Source of the DNA: Bdellovibrionales bacterium
GTDB taxonomy: Bacteria; Bdellovibrionota; Bdellovibrionia; Bdellovibrionales; UBA1609
Direction of reading: 5' to 3'
DNA length: 64,000 bases
NCBI GenBank assembly: GCA_965261545.1
Contig: CBDHDF010000002.1
Span: 704,001-768,000 of the forward strand
Position 1 is the first letter of the stretch. Every line of letters starts with the position of its first letter. Under the pieces are notes generated by a model, which saw nothing but the letters and a program-made list of their open reading frames with translations, did not search any database and was not told the DNA's origin. The position numbers were made by a program, and so were the translations under genes. Below are positions 1 through 10,035 of the stretch, piece by piece.

Positions 1-3000
1 TTATTTTCCTCTTCTCATTCTTACTCAACCACACCGAATGTTCCCGCGCCAACATCAACACCTGCAGCAGGAGTGGGATCCTCTGGAAACTCGGCACCTC
101 AAAGCTCATCGAGTTCGAGCTCTAGGGGGGCGGCTCTTCTGAGTATCAATGACCCGGGGCCCTTACCCACTCGTCTGGCCGACGTCACTGGGTTTACTTT
201 TTATAAACCACGTCAATCAAAGGAAGATGCCAAGACAACTCCTCCATTTAGATACTACGGAGGATCTGACGCTTCTAACCCTGAACGCTACAACAGATAT
301 AGCCATAGAGTGTATTACAACAATTGGTCTTATAAGCAAATGAAAAGATTATATACAAACTTACTTGAGATGCACATCAATTGGTGTAGGCAGCTTCGTG
401 GCAGCGAAGATTCGCCCAGAAGAAGCGAGAACTTTCGTCGTCAGCTATCTTGGCATCGTAAAATTTGCTACGCAGATGCCTCTCACGATCCTGCATACCG
501 AGTCAATGGAACTTGCGATTCAAGTTTAGGGGATGTCAGAGTCTCTATTGGAAGCAGAGGAACGCATCAATATGTTTCTTGTGAAAAAGACAATACGTTT
601 GAAGCACGTTTTGGTGCAAATATACTTCTTGTCAGTGTGGCTGATTCTCCAGCTAAGGTTGTCGCAAGTCAAGAGCAAGCCATGGGCAGAAATAGATCTC
701 TCACAACAAAAGCAATTATTTCCGTTGCCAATGAATTCCCTATTTTTATAACAAGATGGAATATCCCAAGTGATAACTATAGCTTCACGCTTCCTCTTAA
801 GCCAGGACTAAATTACAATTTTCTCGTGCATTGGGGGGATGGTGCGGGCATAGACGTAAGGTGGGGGGAGACATATACTATAACATCTTTTGATGATGCC
901 GATAAGACATTTGTTTATTCCAATCGTGGAGATACTATCATCATGATTATAGGCACTATGGAAGGATTTCAAAATACCTCAGACGAAAGGGGAAATTTGT
1001 ATGAAGTTTCCAAGCTAGGAAATATGGGATGGAAAGACCTCTCTGAGGCTTTTTCAGGTAATATTGAGCTTCGTGGAGTGTATGGAGGAAACACCTCAAA
1101 GGTCACAAATATGTCAGCTATGTTTGCAGGTGCTTCCGTCGTACATCCAGATACAATCTGGGACACCTCAAATGTTACTAACATGTCAGCTATGTTTGCC
1201 AATGCTTTCGTGTCACAGCCAAATACAAGCAACTGGGACACCTCAAAAGTTACTAACATGTCAGCTATGTTCGAAAATGCCCAGTATCCAAATCCCAATA
1301 CAAGCAACTGGGACACTTCAAAAGTTACTAACATGTCATCTATGTTTAAAAATACCCAGGATGCAAATCCCAATACAAGCAACTGGGACACCTCAAAAGT
1401 TACTAACATGTCAGCTATGTTTGCAAATACCCATCGAGCAAATCCCAATACAAGCAGCTGGGACACTTCAAAAGTTACTAACATGTCAGCTATGTTTGCA
1501 AATAATATCCATCGATTAAATCCAAATACAAGCAGTTGGGACACTTCAAAAGTTACTAACATGTCATATATGTTTGCAGATAATACGAAGGCAAATCCAG
1601 ACACAAGCAACTGGGACACTTCAAAAGTTACTAACATGTCAGCCATGTTTAAAAAGGCCCTTCGAGCAAATCCAAATACAAGCAGCTGGGACTTTACACA
1701 GGTGCAATCTCTCGCTCGACAACTTGACCACGTATCATTTCTTACCTATGGAGCTGGAGCTGCAAATAGTCTTCAGCCCGGGAAGTTTCATACCCCCATA
1801 CAAGAAGTGGCCATACCTTCCTCTGAAAGAGGCTTGGCGAGTGTATTTAAATCGCCCAGCCTATCCGTTGACAATTATTCAAAATTTTTAATACGCCTCG
1901 ATCAAAAACCACCCACAAGCAGCAATCTCATAAAGGTTATCGATGTGGGCACGTTAAAATACAAACCAAGTGCTATAAATGCGCGAGAAGGCTTAGCGGA
2001 GAAAGGTTGGAGCATCACTGATGGAGGTCCTGATGCCAAAGATCTTTATTTTGACTCAATATCTTTACCGGTACTTTCTCAAAACAATGCACGAGCTTAC
2101 AAAGTTCGAGGAAGCTGTGACCCCGATCTTGGAAATGTCACAATTACGATTGGAGTTGGAGATTCAAAAGTGGTGAAGGAATTCACTTGTAACTCAGACA
2201 ACACATTCTTAGCAATTCTTGATTTACGAAATATAGTTTCCCCTCAAGTGACTATCAGATCCAGTCAGGGCACAGGTGATTCGGTATTCGGTGTCAGTAA
2301 ATCCTTTGTATTGGCTAATGATATGAATCACTTTGTTACAGAGTGGTCGATATCAGAACCACCCTTCACATTCACTCTCCCCCTTAAACCAGGATTGAGA
2401 TATAACTTTACTGTGGATTGGGGAGACGGAAGTTCTAAGAGTGAAGTGACGTCCTTTGATGATAGTGACAAGGTCCATACTTACCAAAATATAGGCAAAG
2501 TGACAATCAAGATCACAGGTCTTGTTGAAGGATTCCACAATAGTTTCGATAATGGTCTTCTTCACAACAACTTACTTCTTAAGGTGTTAAACCTTGGAAA
2601 TATGGGGTGGAAGGATCTCTCTCATGCTTTTGAAAATAATGTGAACCTCACAGTATTTCGTGGAGGAAACACCTCCAATGTCACCAATATGTCTCATATG
2701 TTTAATGGTGCCACCAAAGCAAATCCAGATACCAGTGGTTGGGACACTTCTCGTGTGTTCGATATGTCCGCGATGTTTTCTGAAGCGGCCCGAGCCAATC
2801 CCGATACCAGTGGTTGGGACACTTCCCATGTGGTAACTATGGGGCACATGTTTTCTAAAACGACTCTAGCCAACCCCGATACCAGTGGTTGGGACACTTC
2901 CCGTGTGGTAAATATGGAGCAGATGTTTTTGGAAGCGACTCAAGCCGACCCCGATACCAGTGGTTGGGATTTTCAAAGCCTCTATGCATTAGCACCACAG

Positions 3001-6000
3001 TTTACCGATTTACCTCCCGAACTACCGGAGCCTGTGGTAAGAGGAAGTCGCAGGATATTTTTTAATACATTTCGATCATCAGGTTTATCTGTTGAGAATT
3101 ATTCAAAATTTTTAATAAGTCTCAATGAAAAACCCCCTAAAAATAATAGTCTCATAAGAAAAATTAATGTGGGCACATTAAAAGCCAATTTAAGTGCTTT
3201 TGGAGCACGAGCAAGCTTATTGGAGCAAGATTGGACCATTAATGATGGAGGTATTGATAATCAAGAAATATACCTTGACACAACAAGCTTTCCTCCGATC
3301 TCTTTATCCAATGCGGGAGCCTATAGAATTCAAGGCTCTTGTAATTCCGATTTTGGAAAGATCAGGGTTGTCGCTGGAGAGCCAAGAGTCCAAAAAGAAT
3401 TAACTTGTAATGCAGACAACACATTTATAGGAATCTTTAATTTACAAAATATATATTCTCATCCGGTAAAGTTCACAGTAAGTCAGGGGGCAACGGGCTC
3501 CGTTTCTAGTAAATCCTTTGAATTGGCCAATGAGATGAATCGATTTATCACAGAATGGAAGCTCCCTCAAGGTGACTTTACTCTCCCCTTGAAACCAGGA
3601 TTAGAATATAATTTTACTGTGGATTGGGGGGATAAAAGTGCTGTGAGTGAAGTAACGTCTTTTGGTGATTCCGACAAAGTACATAGGTACGCACAGCGTG
3701 GAGAGTATATAATTACAATCACAGGTCTTGTTGAAGGATTTCAAAATAATAATCGGAGTCTTGGATACTTGGGAACTGCACACGATCTTTTGTCGGTATT
3801 AGTCCTTGGAGATATGGGCTGGAAGGATCTGTCTCGTGCTTTTGAACACAATGGGAGTCTCGGGATATTTCGTGGAGGAAATACATCAAATGTTACAAAT
3901 ATGAGTTTTATGTTTAGTAATGCCTTACTTGTAAAACCAGACACGAGGGGTTGGGACACTTCCAATGTGACCGATATGCGCAATATGTTTCAAGGGGCTG
4001 CTTCAGCCAACCCAGATGCGAGTGGATGGGACACTTCCAATGTGACCGATATGCGCAATATGTTTCAAGGGGCTGCTTCAGCCAACCCAGACGCGAGTGG
4101 ATGGGACACTTCCAATGTGACCAACATGTACAGCATGTTTCAAGGGGCTGCTTCAGCCAACCCAGACACAAGTGGATGGGACTTTAGAAATGTCAACTTC
4201 GTCCAAGGCAATAACCGAGGTCTTACGGATATATTTAAATTATCGATTTTATCCGTTGATAATTATTCAAAATTTTTAATAGCCATCGATAAAAAAACGC
4301 CAACAACGAGCACCGGTATTTGGAAGAAAATTGATGTGGGCACATTAAAATGCAATGGGAGTGCTGCGGAAGCAAGGAAAAGACTGATTCATAATGGCTG
4401 GACTCTCACCGACGGAGGAGATTGTCATCCTGATTTGAGTATGAATATGGCAGCACTTTCTCCCCTTTCTTCGTCCAATCAAGGTTCCTATACGGTGAGT
4501 GGAACTTGTCAGACCCACCTCGGCAATGTCAATATTGTCGTTGGGAATCCAGAAGTAGAGAAAAGCTTGCCCTGTGTAGGTAGCTTATTCTCAGGAGCGA
4601 TTGATTTGCAAAGCGTCTATAGTCATGAAGTCACTATTGCAATAAGTCAAGCTGGAAGCTCATCCACTGTAAGTCATACTTTGGTGAACAAGACGAATCA
4701 ATTTGTGACAGTGTGGGGGATTCGAAGGGGAGACAAACTAACTCTCCCTCTTAAAAAGGGATTGAAATATGATTTCACTGTGGACTGGGGGGATGGAACT
4801 ACAGGGAGAGTGACATCTTTTAAAGATGCCGACAAAAAACATACCTATCCACCTTCCAACACCGCCAAGAAATATGTAGTCATCATTAAAGGGACCGTTG
4901 AGGGGCTTAAAAGCAACGATTTTTCAAAAACGAATCTTTTTGAAGTTATCAATCTCGGACATATGGGGTGGAAGGATTTATCCAATGCCTTTACAAAAAA
5001 CACTAGGCTTACAAAAGTTCTTGGTGGAAATACATCTGATGTCACAAATATGGATAGAATGTTTTTCAAAGCGAGTTTGTTGGAAACTCTAGACACAAGT
5101 GGTTGGGATACTTCGAGCCTTGTGAGTATGAACGAGATATTTAAGGGGGCCACTAAAGTGAACCCCGATGTGAGTGGCTGGGACACTTCTCAGGTTGAGA
5201 ACATGGTGGGTGTCTTTGATGGAGCGACCCAAGCCAATCCAGATACCAGCGGCTGGGACTTTTCAAAAGTTCGAACAAGCACGAGTAGCAAACACTCTGG
5301 GGTGGGAAGTCTTCAGGCTCTGTTTAGGTCATCAGGTTTATCTGTGGAGAATTATTCTAAGTTTTTAATAGCTCTCGATGAAAGACGACCGAACACACAA
5401 GATTTTCTTGAAAGGGTCATCAATGTGGGTCTATTGAAATACAACACCAGTGCGGAATCGGCGCGAGGCAACTTAGTGAGTCATTGGATTATCACCGATG
5501 GGGGCTTAGAGGGAGCCGAAGGGAATATCAATGTGCCGATTTTGGCACCGAACGGGCTCCAGCCCCTTTCTTTAGCCAATGGGGGGATTTATGGAATTCA
5601 AGGGACCTGTAATGCTAACGATGGAGATGTCACCGTTGTTATTGGAGAGCCCAATATGCAGAAAGACTTAGCTTGTGCCGACAACAACGCATTCTCAGGG
5701 AGTTTCGATGTGCAACATGTCTCTTCTCATCCGGTGACCATCACGATTTCTCAAGATCAAGGCAGCGTTGTTGTCAGTGAGTCTGTGGCCAATAGGATCA
5801 ATCGCTTTGTCACAAAGTGGGAGATTCCATCTGCGAATTATGTTTTCACTCTTCCTCTTAAGGATAACTTGAATTATGATTTCACTGTGGACTGGGGGGA
5901 TAACACTCCGACAAGTGAAGTGACATCGTTTGATGATGATGACAAGGAGCATACCTATGCGAACTCTGAAAGCTATACCATCACCATCACGGGGACGGTG

Positions 6001-6894
6001 GAAGGGTTTGAAAATAATGCAGCCCCCCTTAAAGGGCTTCTTGTTGAGGTGACCAACCTTGGACACATGGGATGGAAAGACTTATCTTATGCCTTTAGAA
6101 ATAACTCTTTTCTTGTTGCCGTTTTTGGGGGAAATACATCCAATGTCACCGACATGAGCCAAATGTTTGATGGAGCTCGAAAAGCAACCCCAGACACCAG
6201 TGGTTGGGACACTTCCAGTGTTACAAATATGTCATATATGTTTTCTAGCGCAATGAAAGCAACCCCAGACACCAGTGATTGGGACACTTCCAGTGTTACA
6301 AATATGTCATATATGTTTTCTAGCGCAATGAAAGCAACCCCAGACACCAGTGATTGGGACACTTCCAGTGTTACAAATATGTCATATATGTTTTCTCGTG
6401 CGCTCAAAGCAACTCCAGACACCAGTGGTTGGGACACTTCCAGTGTTACAAATATGACATCTATGTTTTCTAGTGCGACAAGAGCGACTCCAGACACCAG
6501 TGGTTGGGACACTTCCAGTGTTACAAATATGACATCTATGTTTTATGCAGCCTCGCAAGCTAACCCAGACATAAATGGTTGGGACATTTCTAATGTCACT
6601 CATATTACAAGTATGTTTAAAGGCGCCGAAAATGCAGATCCAGATACAAGTAGATGGGACTTCAGCAACATCGTATCTATGAATAAGATATTCGAAGGAG
6701 TGGGGCTTTCTATTGCAAATTATTCAAAATTTTTAATAAGAATCAACGAAAAAACACCTAAGCACCACCTTCATGGTCCCACCGTTAATAAAAGGATATC
6801 TGTCTACAAATTAAGGTACAACTCTAGTGCGACATCCGCTCGTACAAGCTTAAAAAGTAAGGGTTGGACCATCACAGATGGAGGATTGCAGTAG
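1..6894 (+). CDS. Giant DUF285/BspA-like surface protein with five tandem modules (Cys-paired Ig-like domain, PKD-like domain, 22-aa repeat array, cap); 5' end probably outside the window
   Basis: Frame is open from base 1 (LFSSSHSYSTTP...) through the GTG at 73. Five copies of F(I/V)TxW...LPLK...Y(N/D)FxVxWGD, LGxMGWKDLS and NYSKFLI...W(T/S/I)(I/L)(T/N)DGG. Repeat consensus ANPDTSGWDTSNVTNMSxMF. Confidence 0.85.
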   Translation, partial: LFSSSHSYSTTPNVPAPTSTPAAGVGSSGNSAPQSSSSSSSRGAALLSINDPGPLPTRLADVTGFTFYKPRQSKEDAKTTPPFRYYGGSDASNPERYNRYSHRVYYNNWSYKQMKRLYTNLLEMHINWCRQLRGSEDSPRRSENFRRQLSWHRKICYADASHDPAYRVNGTCDSSLGDVRVSIGSRGTHQYVSCEKDNTFEARFGANILLVSVADSPAKVVASQEQAMGRNRSLTTKAIISVANEFPIFITRWNIPSDNYSFTLPLKPGLNYNFLVHWGDGAGIDVRWGETYTITSFDDADKTFVYSNRGDTIIMIIGTMEGFQNTSDERGNLYEVSKLGNMGWKDLSEAFSGNIELRGVYGGNTSKVTNMSAMFAGASVVHPDTIWDTSNVTNMSAMFANAFVSQPNTSNWDTSKVTNMSAMFENAQYPNPNTSNWDTSKVTNMSSMFKNTQDANPNTSNWDTSKVTNMSAMFANTHRANPNTSSWDTSKVTNMSAMFANNIHRLNPNTSSWDTSKVTNMSYMFADNTKANPDTSNWDTSKVTNMSAMFKKALRANPNTSSWDFTQVQSLARQLDHVSFLTYGAGAANSLQPGKFHTPIQEVAIPSSERGLASVFKSPSLSVDNYSKFLIRLDQKPPTSSNLIKVIDVGTLKYKPSAINAREGLAEKGWSITDGGPDAKDLYFDSISLPVLSQNNARAYKVRGSCDPDLGNVTITIGVGDSKVVKEFTCNSDNTFLAILDLRNIVSPQVTIRSSQGTGDSVFGVSKSFVLANDMNHFVTEWSISEPPFTFTLPLKPGLRYNFTVDWGDGSSKSEVTSFDDSDKVHTYQNIGKVTIKITGLVEGFHNSFDNGLLHNNLLLKVLNLGNMGWKDLSHAFENNVNLTVFRGGNTSNVTNMSHMFNGATKANPDTSGWDTSRVFDMSAMFSEAARANPDTSGWDTSHVVTMGHMFSKTTLANPDTSGWDTSRVVNMEQMFLEATQADPDTSGWDFQSLYALAPQFTDLPPELPEPVVRGSRRIFFNTFRSSGLSVENYSKFLISLNEKPPKNNSLIRKINVGTLKANLSAFGARASLLEQDWTINDGGIDNQEIYLDTTSFPPISLSNAGAYRIQGSCNSDFGKIRVVAGEPRVQKELTCNADNTFIGIFNLQNIYSHPVKFTVSQGATGSVSSKSFELANEMNRFITEWKLPQGDFTLPLKPGLEYNFTVDWGDKSAVSEVTSFGDSDKVHRYAQRGEYIITITGLVEGFQNNNRSLGYLGTAHDLLSVLVLGDMGWKDLSRAFEHNGSLGIFRGGNTSNVTNMSFMFSNALLVKPDTRGWDTSNVTDMRNMFQGAASANPDASGWDTSNVTDMRNMFQGAASANPDASGWDTSNVTNMYSMFQGAASANPDTSGWDFRNVNFVQGNNRGLTDIFKLSILSVDNYSKFLIAIDKKTPTTSTGIWKKIDVGTLKCNGSAAEARKRLIHNGWTLTDGGDCHPDLSMNMAALSPLSSSNQGSYTVSGTCQTHLGNVNIVVGNPEVEKSLPCVGSLFSGAIDLQSVYSHEVTIAISQAGSSSTVSHTLVNKTNQFVTVWGIRRGDKLTLPLKKGLKYDFTVDWGDGTTGRVTSFKDADKKHTYPPSNTAKKYVVIIKGTVEGLKSNDFSKTNLFEVINLGHMGWKDLSNAFTKNTRLTKVLGGNTSDVTNMDRMFFKASLLETLDTSGWDTSSLVSMNEIFKGATKVNPDVSGWDTSQVENMVGVFDGATQANPDTSGWDFSKVRTSTSSKHSGVGSLQALFRSSGLSVENYSKFLIALDERRPNTQDFLERVINVGLLKYNTSAESARGNLVSHWIITDGGLEGAEGNINVPILAPNGLQPLSLANGGIYGIQGTCNANDGDVTVVIGEPNMQKDLACADNNAFSGSFDVQHVSSHPVTITISQDQGSVVVSESVANRINRFVTKWEIPSANYVFTLPLKDNLNYDFTVDWGDNTPTSEVTSFDDDDKEHTYANSESYTITITGTVEGFENNAAPLKGLLVEVTNLGHMGWKDLSYAFRNNSFLVAVFGGNTSNVTDMSQMFDGARKATPDTSGWDTSSVTNMSYMFSSAMKATPDTSDWDTSSVTNMSYMFSSAMKATPDTSDWDTSSVTNMSYMFSRALKATPDTSGWDTSSVTNMTSMFSSATRATPDTSGWDTSSVTNMTSMFYAASQANPDINGWDISNVTHITSMFKGAENADPDTSRWDFSNIVSMNKIFEGVGLSIANYSKFLIRINEKTPKHHLHGPTVNKRISVYKLRYNSSATSARTSLKSKGWTITDGGLQ
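1090..1695 (+). repeat. Coding ~66-bp tandem repeat array, module 1 (8 units)
   Basis: Near-invariant TGGGACACYTCAAAAGTTACTAACATGTCA alternating with variable codons, in frame. Confidence 0.9.
6130..6665 (+). repeat. Coding 66-bp tandem repeat array, module 5 (7 units, some identical)
   Basis: CCAGACACCAGTGRTTGGGACACTTCCAGTGTTACAAATATG repeated at a 66-bp period. Confidence 0.9.
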
Positions 6895-6980
6895 TCGCAG
6901 AGTTTTAGCAGGGGCCCGCAGCAAGACAGCTGTCGTGTTGCTGTCGTAGTTGCTGTCAGTGGTTGTTTTCATGAGTGTAT

Positions 6981-7022
6981 GTGCCGGTGCCGTTGGGGGA
7001 CCGGCACTTTAATTTGTTTTTT
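6981..7022 (+). terminator. Rho-independent terminator after the giant surface-protein gene
   Basis: GTGCCGGT (6981-6988) / ACCGGCAC (7000-7007) 8-bp stem followed by TTTAATTTGTTTTT. Confidence 0.7.
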
Positions 7023-7087
7023 CGGTGCTCTCAAGGTTGCTTTCAAGGTGAGGAGCGGCGAACCTTCAAAGGTTGTGGAACTTAAAA

Positions 7088-8791
7088 ATGCTCATAGACT
7101 TTAAAAAGGACCTTGCCCATATCTTAGGAAAGGTCACCCATCAAGAGACAAATTTTATCTTAAATCTATTTGAGAATCCCAAGAATATGGATCATGGGCA
7201 CTTGGCTTTTCCGGTTTTTTTTATGGCTCGCCAAAGGCGCAAGTCTCCCCCCCGGATCGCTCAAGAGCTGGCACTGGAGCTTGAGAATTTAAATTTAAGC
7301 CCTGTGCGGGCGGCTTCGCCTGTGGGTGGCTATGTCAATATTCACCTCAAGGATGATTGGCTTCAACAAAGTCTTGTAAAGAAGTTAAGGCTTCAGGGAG
7401 AAGAATTTGGCTTTGGACAAGGGGGGAAAGGAAAAACGGTCGTTATTGATTTTTCATCTCCCAACGTGGCAAAGCCCATGAGTGTGGGGCACCTGAGGGC
7501 CACGGTGATTGGGCAAGCCATGTGTCACCTGGCGCGCAGTCAAGGCTATGAGGTTATTGCTTTGAATCATCTTGGGGACTGGGGAGTTCAGTTTGGGAAA
7601 TTGGCATGGGCCTATGAAAAGTGGAAGAGTCAATACTCCTTTGACAAAGACCCCTTTGAGGCTCTTTTTAGTATATATGTTCGTTTTCATGAGGCGGCTG
7701 AAGAAGACCCTCAATTAAATATCGAGGGGTCCTTGATGTTTAAAAAATTAGAAGAGGGGGACCCTCAGGTGGTGGCTCTTTGGAACAAATTTGTTGAGAT
7801 CTCCATGAAGGAGTATAAAGAAATTTGGGATATTTTGGGAGTAAAATTTGACCTTGTGAGGGGGGAGTCTTTTTATAACAATCGTCTCAAACCTACGGAA
7901 AAGCTTATTGAAGACAAGGGGCTTCTTGAAGAAAGTGATGGTGCTCAAGTGGTTCGCCTTGATGAAGAGGGAATGCCTCCTTGTCTTATACGAAAAAGTG
8001 ATGGGGCCTCCCTTTATGCCACCCGTGATATTGCCAGTGCCATTTATCGAATGGAGGAGTTGGGGGCAGACAGCAACCTCTATGTGGTGGGCATGGATCA
8101 GTCTTTGCATTTTAAGCAGGTTTTTCGTGTGATAGAAAAAATGGGGTATCCGTGGGCCAAGGACTGCCATCACATTTCTTTTGGAATGTATCGTTTCAAA
8201 GAGACAAAGATGTCCACGAGAAAGGGAAATGTTATTTTTCTCCGTGATGTGGTGGAAAGGGCCGTGGAGCTTGTTCAAGAGATCATGGAGTCAAGAAAAG
8301 TGAAACCTACAAATGTTGAAGAAGTGGCTCGTCAAGTTGGAATTGGAGCCATCGTTTTCAACGACCTTTTCAATGATCGTATGAAGGATATAGATTTTCA
8401 TTGGGACAAAGTTTTGGATTTGGATGGAAATAGCGGCCCCTATGTTCAATACTCTCAAGTTCGCTGCCACAGCCTTATGAAGAAATATGGAAAAGAAATT
8501 CCTGAGATTTGGCCAGCGATTTTGGAATCTCCAGAGGAACGCGCTCTTGTTAAGGTTCTCCATGGTTACGAAGAAACTTTGACCAACTCCTTTACACACT
8601 TTAAGCCTCACTTTATGGCCAACTATTTGATTGAAGTTTGCCAGTCGTTTGGGAATTTTTACCACAAGCATCGAATCCTTGGAGAGCCTTCGGATATAGA
8701 GGCTTCGCGTATGGGTTTGGTGGCTGCCACTCAAAAAATCTTACAATATGGATTGAGGATTTTAAATATAGAGTCCCCTGAGGAAATGTAG
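7088..8791 (+). CDS. argS: Arginine--tRNA ligase
   Basis: IDFSSPNVAKPMSVGHLR (HIGH-like), NHLGDWGVQFG, KMSTRKG, GNSGPYVQY and C-terminal PEEM. ATG 7088 chosen over TTG 7073. Confidence 0.97.
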   Translation: MLIDFKKDLAHILGKVTHQETNFILNLFENPKNMDHGHLAFPVFFMARQRRKSPPRIAQELALELENLNLSPVRAASPVGGYVNIHLKDDWLQQSLVKKLRLQGEEFGFGQGGKGKTVVIDFSSPNVAKPMSVGHLRATVIGQAMCHLARSQGYEVIALNHLGDWGVQFGKLAWAYEKWKSQYSFDKDPFEALFSIYVRFHEAAEEDPQLNIEGSLMFKKLEEGDPQVVALWNKFVEISMKEYKEIWDILGVKFDLVRGESFYNNRLKPTEKLIEDKGLLEESDGAQVVRLDEEGMPPCLIRKSDGASLYATRDIASAIYRMEELGADSNLYVVGMDQSLHFKQVFRVIEKMGYPWAKDCHHISFGMYRFKETKMSTRKGNVIFLRDVVERAVELVQEIMESRKVKPTNVEEVARQVGIGAIVFNDLFNDRMKDIDFHWDKVLDLDGNSGPYVQYSQVRCHSLMKKYGKEIPEIWPAILESPEERALVKVLHGYEETLTNSFTHFKPHFMANYLIEVCQSFGNFYHKHRILGEPSDIEASRMGLVAATQKILQYGLRILNIESPEEM

Positions 8792-8973
8792 CTTGAAGAA
8801 ATGCATAGTGGTCCCTTGCTAATCAAAATATCACTCTCAACAACTTAAACTCAGTTAGGATAAAATCATAAAAATTTCTTCGAGGTCAAAGGAACCCATG
8901 AAAAGTCCGTCAAAATAAAGTATTGGATCTCAGGACAGGCGGATTGAATTGATTTGACCGGTGCGTCGGGCAT

Positions 8974-10035
8974 TCACTCCTTCAAAATCTTGGTGACAAA
9001 AGGTGATGTCATGGCGCGAAGCACTGCGCTGTAGTTGGGTTGGAGCGTGATCTCGGCACCAACGGTCGCTTTGTTGTTGCCCAAATTCAGAATGAGATGG
9101 TCACTGCTGGCCCCGACAATCTCGATTCCAGAGGATGCGGTGAGGCCTTCTGGATCGGTATCCTGATGTCCGACTGCCAGAATTGCCTGAGAGATCAATC
9201 CGCGATCCTTGAGAGCCGGCTTGGCACCAAATGCAGTTTGGGCGATATTGCCCCATGGTTGCGACGGTTTGACCTTGGACTCGATCACTCCTGCGACGAG
9301 TGTGATGGCATCGGTGTAGAGTCCATGGATCGGTTGGCGATGAAGAGCCTCCACGCCGAGCAGGATTGACTCACCGAGACGAAGATCGTTGATCCTTCCG
9401 GTGCCTGCTGTACTGAACACCCACTGAAGATTGCCGGAATTCCCTCCGGAGACGATATCGAGGGTGAGACCGAAGGCTGCATCAATGGAATCGGCAAGGG
9501 CAGATAGCTTTGACATGTTTTCAGCATCGGGGGACACGCCGCTCCGGCAAGCGAGGTTCGTGCCGATACCCTTCAGCACGATATTTCTGCAGCGAAGCGT
9601 CTCACGCACGGTGCTGAGGAGATCCTCTGGCATGATCCCCTCCCTAAGATCTCCAAGCTCAACCATGAGCACAATTCCATGTGTCCGCCCCGACCTATAT
9701 GCGGCATCAGAGAGCGCTTCGATGACCTCCAGTTCAGTATTGAAACTGACATCGGCATGCGCCACGACCCGTTGGACCTGACTCACCATTGGAGAGCGGA
9801 TCAGTGTTATTGGCGCCAATATCCCCGCACCTCGCAGCGTTTCGATGTTCTCAATGCGGGAGTCGCCGATCCCTCGTACGCCTGCCTGAAGCAACACGCC
9901 GGCAATTTCGGGTGACCCCAAGATTGCTTTGGTAACTCCGGTGACGGAGATGCTGCGGAGTCTCAGCCGCTTGACGAGTGTGAAAGCATTATGGTGGATC
10001 TTTTTGAGGTCGATCTCCAAACGCGGTGCGGTCAT
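8974..10035 (-). CDS. Alanine/ornithine racemase family PLP-dependent enzyme (YhfX/Orr-like)
   Basis: GVTKA (PLP lysine), GDSRIEN, MVELGDLREG, SGGNS, LRLGESILLG, GASSDH. TGATG overlap with the upstream gene. Confidence 0.9.
   Translation of the reverse strand: MTAPRLEIDLKKIHHNAFTLVKRLRLRSISVTGVTKAILGSPEIAGVLLQAGVRGIGDSRIENIETLRGAGILAPITLIRSPMVSQVQRVVAHADVSFNTELEVIEALSDAAYRSGRTHGIVLMVELGDLREGIMPEDLLSTVRETLRCRNIVLKGIGTNLACRSGVSPDAENMSKLSALADSIDAAFGLTLDIVSGGNSGNLQWVFSTAGTGRINDLRLGESILLGVEALHRQPIHGLYTDAITLVAGVIESKVKPSQPWGNIAQTAFGAKPALKDRGLISQAILAVGHQDTDPEGLTASSGIEIVGASSDHLILNLGNNKATVGAEITLQPNYSAVLRAMTSPFVTKILKE

Noticed and set aside
1090..1695. CRISPR-like constant/variable ~66-bp periodicity (also 6130-6665 and 56350-57170)
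   Set aside because: Units are in-frame codons of a long ORF, the variable parts are homologous to each other, and there are no cas genes or leader.
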